DNA of 63,875 nt, filler included, from Octopus bimaculoides (Eukaryota): NCBI RefSeq assembly GCF_001194135.2. It is 5 parts of 5 records of this genome, joined end to end, with 100 filler letters (N's around TTAATTAATTAA, not from the genome) between each part and the next. Parts side by side here need not be neighbours in the genome. Positions count along the whole stretch, not along the records: positions 55,785 to 62,676 come from NC_068997.1; positions 62,777 to 63,875 come from NW_026350227.1; 3 more parts are not named here. One strand, given 5' to 3'. The notes under the pieces were generated by a model. The model worked only from the letters and a program-made list of their open reading frames with translations, did not search any database and was not told where the DNA came from. The translations under genes were made by a program, and so were the position numbers. Shown piece after piece: positions 62,226-63,875 of the stretch; within the stretch, counting starts at the first letter, position 1; the number at the start of each line of letters is the position of its first letter.

Positions 62226-62625
62226 TGAAGATAATTATACTTCCACATCCACCGATGTTGTTACAACTCTGTCCATATTATTGCTCATAGTCTAATGCTG
62301 TCAGTTATTTCATACATAAATATTGTTATTGTTATTCAATAGCACATTGTTTTACTGCAATCTCAAAGAATCACCTCAGTAACGTACTTAGAACTAAAAT
62401 TAAACAAAGCTATTAGACATTATATGTCAATGTTGGCGGCAAAATGTTAAAGTATCAAATGAAGTGGATTGTGGCTTTTATTCCAGCTTCATCTCTTCTG
62501 ACTTCACTCCTCAACTGAGGTCAACTTTAGCTTTCATCTTTCTGGTACCTACACACAAACATATGTACGTATGTGTATATGTATGTATACAATATATATG
62601 TATGTGTGTATGTATGTATACAATA

Positions 62626-62676
<51 letters not shown>

Positions 62677-63560
62677 NNNNNNNNNNNNNNNNNNNNNNNN
62701 NNNNNNNNNNNNNNNNNNNNTTAATTAATTAANNNNNNNNNNNNNNNNNNNNNNNNNNNNNNNNNNNNNNNNNNNNGACTAGATATTTTACACATATTTA
62801 GATATATCTAATATCTATCTTTCGTGGAAATGTCAAGTGACTAGAATAAATATTTCGTTGGTTATGAGGAAATAAACAAATAATCTTCCAAATTACAACG
62901 GCCAAAATTTAAGGGTCACCTAAAAAACAATGAAAAATGGAACAAGAACTAAAACCAGGCGCTCACTAGTAGTATTTTGTGAACATCCCTATACTATCAC
63001 GTGCATGTTTGTGTGTGTGTAGGCGTTTTAGCGTACAAGTCTATGCACTGGCTGTGTGAGTATATTTCTTTCTATGTACTGTGTAGGCACTGAGCGTATG
63101 TGTGTGTGCGTATGCATGTGTGCGCGTTACTGTTTTCTATCTCGCTCACGCCTGACTCCAAACAACTGAGGAATAATTATTGAACCCAATAGATAAGCGA
63201 TCACGACTAAGGAAATGACACGAAGTATGAACTTATGCACCGCTTATACCGTAGTAGTTTAACCATCATAATCACCACAAAGAAAAACACTACTACAAAC
63301 AATACTGCCACAGAAAAAAAAACTATGAGCATTACCATTGTCATTAACAGCTACAACCTCCGCTATTGTTAACTGAAACTCCGTCGACTACGACGACGTG
63401 TGTTCCATTTCATCCGATCAACGGAACAGCTTGCTCGTGAAAATAACGTGCAAGCGGTTGAGTACTTCACAGACACGCGTACCCTTGGCGTATTTCTCAG
63501 GGAGATTCAACGTGAAAGAGAGTGAAACCACACTGGCCCTTTGAATTTCAGGTGCTACTC

Positions 63561-63597
<37 letters not shown>

Positions 63598-63612
63598 CAT
63601 ATAGGGTGTCCA

Positions 63613-63717
63613 CAGTGTCTGGGTGCATGGAGTAAATAAAAACATAGCATAAACAATTAAATATAAGAAATAATAATTTCTTAAAGTATGTGTTAATCCC
63701 CATGTACCCAGACTGTA
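63613..63717. mobile_element. Small hairpin MITE
   Basis: ACAGTGTCTGGGTGCATGG versus CCATGTACCCAGACTGT. Confidence 0.5.
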
Positions 63718-63875
63718 AATAAAATCATAACATAAACGGCGGGTTTGGCAGCACTTCCCAACCATGCGTTTGGATGGCTTCCTTTGTCATATTGGCGATA
63801 TAAAGGCGGGCGTTGTCGTGCAACAGAAGAACTCCATGCTGACGATTAGGTATTCTCTCTTGAATAGCCGTGTTT

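Overview
AT-rich, microsatellite-saturated animal DNA with many N gaps. It is most likely from an octopod (coleoid cephalopod); this is inferred from repeat style and not confirmed by any search. The only host gene I can support is four minus-strand coding exons of EXOC4/Sec8 (44872-44946, 41117-41254, 40075-40146, 33907-33992), recognised by similarity to vertebrate Sec8 and canonical splice sites. Most of the rest is transposon debris: RTE, R4/Dong, CR1-like and I-group LINEs, two Penelope-like GIY-YIG remnants, a deleted Gypsy element nested in a Tc1 element, mariner/maT/rosa-like fragments, hAT and other MITEs, and several tRNA-SINE families. The most interesting signal is about 12 minimal type I hammerhead-ribozyme motifs (CTGANGA-helix II-GAAA-short, usually palindromic helix III-NUH) from several unrelated sequence families. 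About half of them sit in, or at the loop of, long inverted duplications. This fits Penelope-like pLTR or retrozyme-like elements, including a shared A6U core variant. Other notable points are a reading-phase mismatch between two EXOC4 exons, a near-identical tract inside otherwise diverged LTRs, and four artificial 44N-TTAATTAATTAA-44N join linkers. All structures were folded and aligned by eye, and repeat boundaries are approximate.
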